From NCBI GenBank assembly GCA_002269645.1, contig NIVC01004195.1, positions 1-55,772 on the forward strand: DNA of 55,772 nucleotides, written 5' to 3'. Source of the DNA: Macrostomum lignano. Taxonomy: Eukaryota. The notes beneath the pieces were generated by a model, which saw only the letters and a program-made list of their open reading frames with translations, did no database searches and had not been told where the DNA came from. Numbering within the stretch: the stretch's first letter is position 1; each line of letters opens with the position of its first letter. A program made the position numbers and the translations under genes. Positions 50,525-55,772 of this stretch are shown here, piece by piece.

Positions 50525-53385
50525 ATGGTGAAGGCCGGTCAGCAGCAGCGCCAATCAACTGGGCCGTCTGAGTCGTCGGGCTGCCTGCCCCGCGTGGCTT
50601 CGAGCACCTCGTTGAGCAGCCTGGCGTCCTCGGCCGGGGCTGGCGGCGGCAACGGCAAGGCGGCGACCTCTGTGGCAAAGCCGGAGCCGCCAACTGAGGA
50701 GGCCATGGCGCATGCAGCCTTCATCGAGGTGCTCTCGCCGCCCACTCACCTGTACCGCTACCTGGCCATGCGGCACCGGACGTCGCCAATCTTCCTGACC
50801 CGCAGCCTGTCCTACATTGGCCGGCCAGTCGGCAGGTCCGGCAGCCGCAGCCTGGCCGAGTCCACTGCCGCCCTGGCCGGCCGGCCCGTGGCTGCCCCGC
50901 CAGAGCTGCCGGCGGAGGCGCCAGCCTGGGATTTGCCGCGCAACGCCTCGCTGGAGCTGCGCTTTGCCGGCTTCTTCGACTCGAACCGGGAGAAGGAGTG
51001 GGTGACGGTGTCCGCCCGCCTGGACCTGGCTGTGGTGCACCGCTGCTACAACAGGCGCAAGTCCACCCAGTCCAGCGGGCAGCGCCACTTGGCCTGCCTG
51101 TCGCTGGAGTGCAACCCGTACTCCCGGACTCAGCGGCCGCACCGCAACGGCCACGGCAGCGCTGGCGCCGACTCGGAGCCGCCTGCCGACTTCACCGTGC
51201 TGAACAAAGACCTGCGCGATCCGCAAGCCAACCGGATTGTGCAGAGCTACCTGCTGCTGCGGGTCAGCGCCATGGAGAAGAGGAACTACTCCAAGATGTA
51301 CGACTCTCCCCCCGGGTCCAGGAAGTCGCACAAGAAGGACGTGACGGAGTACCCGGTGCAGTATTGCGCCCTGCTGCCGCTGTTTAACCACGGCCGGGCC
51401 CAGACCTGCACCAGTAGCGGCACAGCCATCGACTGCCCGCTGCAGCTGTACACCGGCGAGTACGAATGCCGTCTGGAGTGCCTGGGCGCCGAGGAGCCCG
51501 CCGACCTGGTCAGCGCCTCCGCCCGGGTGCTGCAGGAGTGGCACGGCAGCCGCATCCGGCCGGCCTCGGCAGAGGCTAGCGAGTACGAGCGGTGGCCCGT
51601 GGTTCGATTCTCAGCTCGCTGGTACGGCGTGACCGGGGAGCCGGCGGGCGCGGAGGCTCTGCAGCAGCCACCCCAAGCGGAGGCGCAGGCAAAGGAGGAG
51701 CAGCCGCAGCAGAAGTCGCGCAAGCGGCAGCACAGCGGCACCGCCAAACAGTCGGCCGGCAGCAAATCCGGCGCTGGAGGCGACTGGCGGGTCATTTATA
51801 ATTTTTATCACGCTGGGCGATGCCGCCAGTGCACCGAGGTTAGTGACGACCGCGGCGAGATGCTTTACCGAATCGGGTCTCCATTTCGCCACTAATCCTT
51901 GGTGACTATTTCCACTCCTTGCCCCCGAATTCCCCCCATTCTTGCATCCGCCCCGGAATTCCTTCCATTCTTACATCCGCCCCCGAATTCCCCCCATTCT
52001 TGCATCCGCCCCGGAATTCCCCCCATTCTTGCATCCGCCCCGGAATTCCCCCCATTCTTGCATCCGCCCCGGAATTCCCCCATTCTTGTATCCGCCCCGG
52101 AATTCCCCCCTTCTTGCATCCGCCCCGGAATTCTCCCATTCTTGCATTCGCCCCGGAATTCCCCCATTCTTGCATCCGCCCCGGAATTCCCCCATTCTTG
52201 CATTCGCCCCGGAATTCCCCCATTCTTGCATCCGCCCCGGAATTCCCCCATTCTTGCATTCGCCCCGGAATTCCCCCATTCTTGCACCCGCCCCGGAATT
52301 CCCCCATTCTTGCATTCGCCCCGGAATTCCCCCCATTCTTGCATCCGCCCCGGAATTGCCCCCATTCTTGCATCCGCCCCCGAATTCCCCCCATTCTTGC
52401 ACCCGCCACGGAATTCCCCCCATTCTTGCATCCGCCCCGGAATTCCACCCATTCTTGCATTCGCCCCGGAATTCCCCCCATTCTTGCATTCGCCCCGGAA
52501 TTCCACCCATTCTTGCATCCGCCCCGAATTCCACCCATTCTTGCATCCGCTCGTGCAACATACCGGCCCTCAAAAATCCATATTCGACTTGCCAAATTTC
52601 CACATGCATCCGCCCCCACGCATCCGCCAGGTGGACGGCCTCCGCTGCCCCTGGTGCGACCTGGACTGCCGCCAGGCCAACGGCCTTCTGTGCCACCTGC
52701 GCGCCTGCCATTCGCGCCTGGCCTTCGCCAGCATCTCCGAGACCTCCGCCGTGAAGCGTCGCCGCCTCCTGCTGGAGGTCCGCATCAACTCCGACTACAA
52801 CGGCGGCTATGAGGGCGACCCGGCCTGTCTGTTCCGTTCCACCGGATTCGAACCCACGCCCTTCCCGGCCCGTCGGCTGCCGTTCACCCACCTGATCCAC
52901 TGGCGCGGGGCCGCCTGCTCCGCCCAGCAGACGCTGGTGGCGAACCCGCGCCGCTGGTCAGCGGGCACACGCGGCAGTATTTCCACTCGCAGACCTGCGT
53001 GCCGCTGCTGCCCCAGGAGATCGATGCCGACTCCGAGGACGAGATCGCGCCGGACTGGCTGCGCCAGAAGTACTCCCGAAACCTGGAAGACTTTACGGAT
53101 GTCAACGAAGGCGAGAAGGCCGTGATGATGGCTTGGAACCTGCACGTGATGACCTGGGAGGGCGGCCCCGTAACAGGGCAGCACCAGCTGCCGCAGCTGT
53201 GCAGCACCTTCATCGACCGCTGCGCGCCTGACCTGCTGGCCCGCGGCCTGCGCGGCAACCTGCTGTTGCACCTGGCCAGCCTCACCGACTACGGCCTGGT
53301 GCGGCCCGACCTGCTCTATGAGCTGCTGCTGCGCGTCAACCAGCTCGCTGATGACCAGCCCCAGCCCATGGCTGTGGATGCCTGA
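50525..53385 (+). CDS. SUZ12: Polycomb protein SUZ12; exons 50525-51838 and 52631-53385; apparent 1-nt deletion near G-run 52907-52910
   Basis: HAAFIEVLSPPTHLYRYLAMRHRTSPIFLTRSLSY, zinc finger LRCPWCDLDC..LLCHLRACHSR, VEFS box SGHTRQYFHSQTCVPLLPQEIDADSEDE..DFTDVNEGEKAVMMAWNLHVM. Exon sum 2069 nt (+1 restores frame). Confidence 0.94.
51920..52550. repeat. 28-30-nt minisatellite (CCCCGGAATTCCCCCATTCTTGCATCCG) filling the SUZ12 intron
   Basis: About 22 copies; the unit shares GCATCCGCC with the true acceptor GCATCCGCCAG. Confidence 0.95.
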
Positions 53386-54034
53386 CTTCAGTGCCATCGG
53401 GCAGGTGGCAGCAGCATCAGTGCCGATTCCTCGCATCTTGCTGCCTGGCTCAAGCTTGACTGTCTTGACTGCTCACCCCTGCTACTCAGGCTGTACCTGA
53501 TCCCAGCAGTTACTCTTCATTTCACTGTTCCTGTGCTTGCATTTTAATTCCCCAATTTTTTCAGCTATAACAATTTTACTAATAAACCTCCTCAACTAAA
53601 AATCTTGCTTAATGCTTTTATGCGTTTGTCATGTAAAATTGTGTTGGTTGTCTTTAATTGTAGTCATATGCCTTAATCTTCTTCAGCTTTTCAATTATCC
53701 CGAAATCTTACAATTTGACTGCCGCTGTATCCTTGCTGTCTCCCCGCCATGTACTGCCTGTCTCTGAGTGCCAGCCAACGGTTTTCGATCCGTGCTGGTT
53801 CTACGATCAATTCGGTGGCAAATATTATAAACAGTTAACTATTTGCTGTTCCCTGTCTGACTGATAATATACTAGCTGTGTTATTACGAGTATAATGCTT
53901 TGCTACCCACGTATTCACTTGACTGTCTGTCTTGTTGATCTCTACTTTTTTAGGCCTCTGCTAAGGAATTTGTATCAGTATAGTACTGATTTTACTGCTC
54001 CGGAATTTTGTTGAATAGCAGTTGACACACCCAA

Positions 54035-54295
54035 TGTCCACTCAGTCACAGATGGGTCAGGTGCAGCTGAAACCCCAATGTCCACTCAGTCACACAGATG
54101 GGTCAGGTGCTGCTGACAATGGTCACTCAGTCACACAGATGGGTCAGGTGCAGCTGACACTGGTCACTCAGTCACACAGATGGGTCAGGTGCAGCTGACA
54201 ATGGTCACTCAGTCACACAGATGGGTCAGGTGCAGCTGACAATGGTCACTCAGTCACACAGATGGGTCAGGTGCAGCTGACAATGGTCAGTCACA
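54035..54295. repeat. 41-nt minisatellite upstream of SCO1
   Basis: Unit CAGTCACACAGATGGGTCAGGTGCAGCTGACAATGGTCACT, about 6 copies. Confidence 0.93.
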
Positions 54296-54351
54296 GCTAG
54301 GTTGGTCAGAGCAATCCTGTTACTTTTCACCCGCGCCGCACTGCAGCTCCC

Positions 54352-55205
54352 ATGTCGAGTCTCCTTTGGCAAGCAGTGTCAGCGCGCAGCCTTCGGTGCC
54401 TGTGCCGCTGTCCCCCAGCCCGGCTGATGTCGCAGCAGCAGCAGCAGCAGGATCAGGATCATGAGCAGCACAAGCATTCGCAGCAGCAGCAGCAGCAGGA
54501 GGAGGATGCTAAACGCAGGAAGAAGCTGGCCGTGTTGTCCTGCGCCCTGACCACCTCGGTATTCGCTGGTTTCTACGTGTGGAAAGAGTCCCGCCTGCGC
54601 CAGCTGGAGGCCCAGGTGACGCAGGGTCGCGTCGGCTCAGAGTCCTCTTTCGGTTCCTCGTCGGTTGGCCGCGGCGGTGGCCAGTCGGACAGCGCGCTAG
54701 CAGTCGGTGGTGACTTCCGCCTGTTGGACCAGCGGGGCCGCTACGTGACCCGGGCGGAGCTGTCCGGCAACAGCGGCTGGTTATTGCTGTACTTCGGCTT
54801 CTGCCACTGCCCGGACATCTGTCCCGAGCAGATGGAGAAGATGGCCGAGGTTGTGGAGCGGTTGCGGCTGGACAAGGACCCGCTCCGGATCACCCCGGTA
54901 TTCGTGAGCATCGACCCGGAGCGCGACACGCCGGCCCTGGTCAAGGAGTACATCGCTGATTTCAGCGACAAGTTCATCGGCCTCACCGGCACCAAGGCCG
55001 AGGTTGACGAAGTAGCAAGAAGTACAGAGTGTACTACAGCAAGGGCCCAGTTGACCAGGACGGGGACTACATAGTGGACCACGCGATCATCATGTACCTG
55101 GTGAGCCCGGACGGTAGCGTAGTGGATTACTACGGCCAGACCAAGACTCCGCGCGAGATTGCGGGCTGCATCGCCAAAGTTGTCAAAAGTCATCGTGCGG
55201 CGTGA
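54352..55205 (+). CDS. SCO1: Cytochrome c oxidase copper chaperone SCO1/SCO2; single exon; apparent 1-nt deletion at 55017-55018
   Basis: [40 protein letters not shown]; one added A gives [30 protein letters not shown], stop at 55203-55205. Confidence 0.95.
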
Positions 55206-55772
55206 CGCAGCCAGACTGCAGTTCAGCTCTTCCCGGGAGCTGCACCTGCAATTGCTTTTTTATTGCTAGTGCAAATTCAATCGCTTTAGAAAAGTCTGGC
55301 TTTACCTGCAGTGCGCTCTGCACTCATTCAGCTAGATTCAAAACTGTTGTAACTCTTAAATAGACTGTTATTTAATTGGCTGCTCACATTCGCATTAATA
55401 ATGTGCTTCGAAAAAAATTCTTGCCGGCTCGTTCTTGTGCATTCCTATTCCTTTCTGTCTGGGTCTCTAAGCTATTCTGAAAAATGTTGCTAAAGTACAA
55501 GTACTCGAGATCCAGCAAATAACTAGATTTGCCTAGTGAGTACCATCATACCGTGGATTCGTGCTCTGTGCGCAAAACATACATAAAGGTGCGTTCATGA
55601 TCAAATATATAGCTCGTAGAAGCTTCCACTGAGATTTTCTGCCTACATGTAAAATCGTACGCTCGTACGTACATTTATTGAATAAAGTGCCAAATACTCT
55701 TAGAAAATTGAGCATGCTTGTATAATTCATTTAGCAGTATACGGTTTAAGTAATAATTACATCTTACATGTG

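Overview
Eukaryotic (animal) genomic DNA, most likely the flatworm Macrostomum lignano or a relative. This is inferred from TTAGGG-type repeats, GC-rich exons, minisatellite-filled introns and splice acceptors immediately before start codons; it is not proven. The window holds 11 protein-coding genes, all on the + strand: MetAP2, CCT6, MIF, a JARID2 N-terminus-only protein, RanGAP1, two tandem Rab7-family genes, a microbial-type GST, Orai, SUZ12 and SCO1. Nearly every gene has a YAG acceptor 1-17 nt before its ATG, suggesting spliced-leader trans-splicing and operon-like organisation. Most introns, outrons and 3' flanks carry a private minisatellite seeded from local sequence, sometimes including the splice donor or stop codon. 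A repeat block of about 22 kb (26-48 kb) interrupts the cluster. It contains a Penelope-like GIY-YIG element split from its hammerhead-ribozyme 3' end by an 11.3-kb TIR-bounded insertion, nested MITEs with clean TSDs, a dimeric ~190-bp satellite, and CpG-depleted, TpA-rich zones with a RIP-like mutation pattern. Best leads: (1) a mini-JARID2 that keeps only the PRC2/H2Aub-binding modules and is linked to SUZ12; (2) two genes whose start codon may come from the flatworm SL-terminal AUG; (3) CpA/TpG-to-TpA hypermutation of repeats; (4) intron arrays built of back-to-back GT...AG units. All coordinates were read by eye and no database searches were run.
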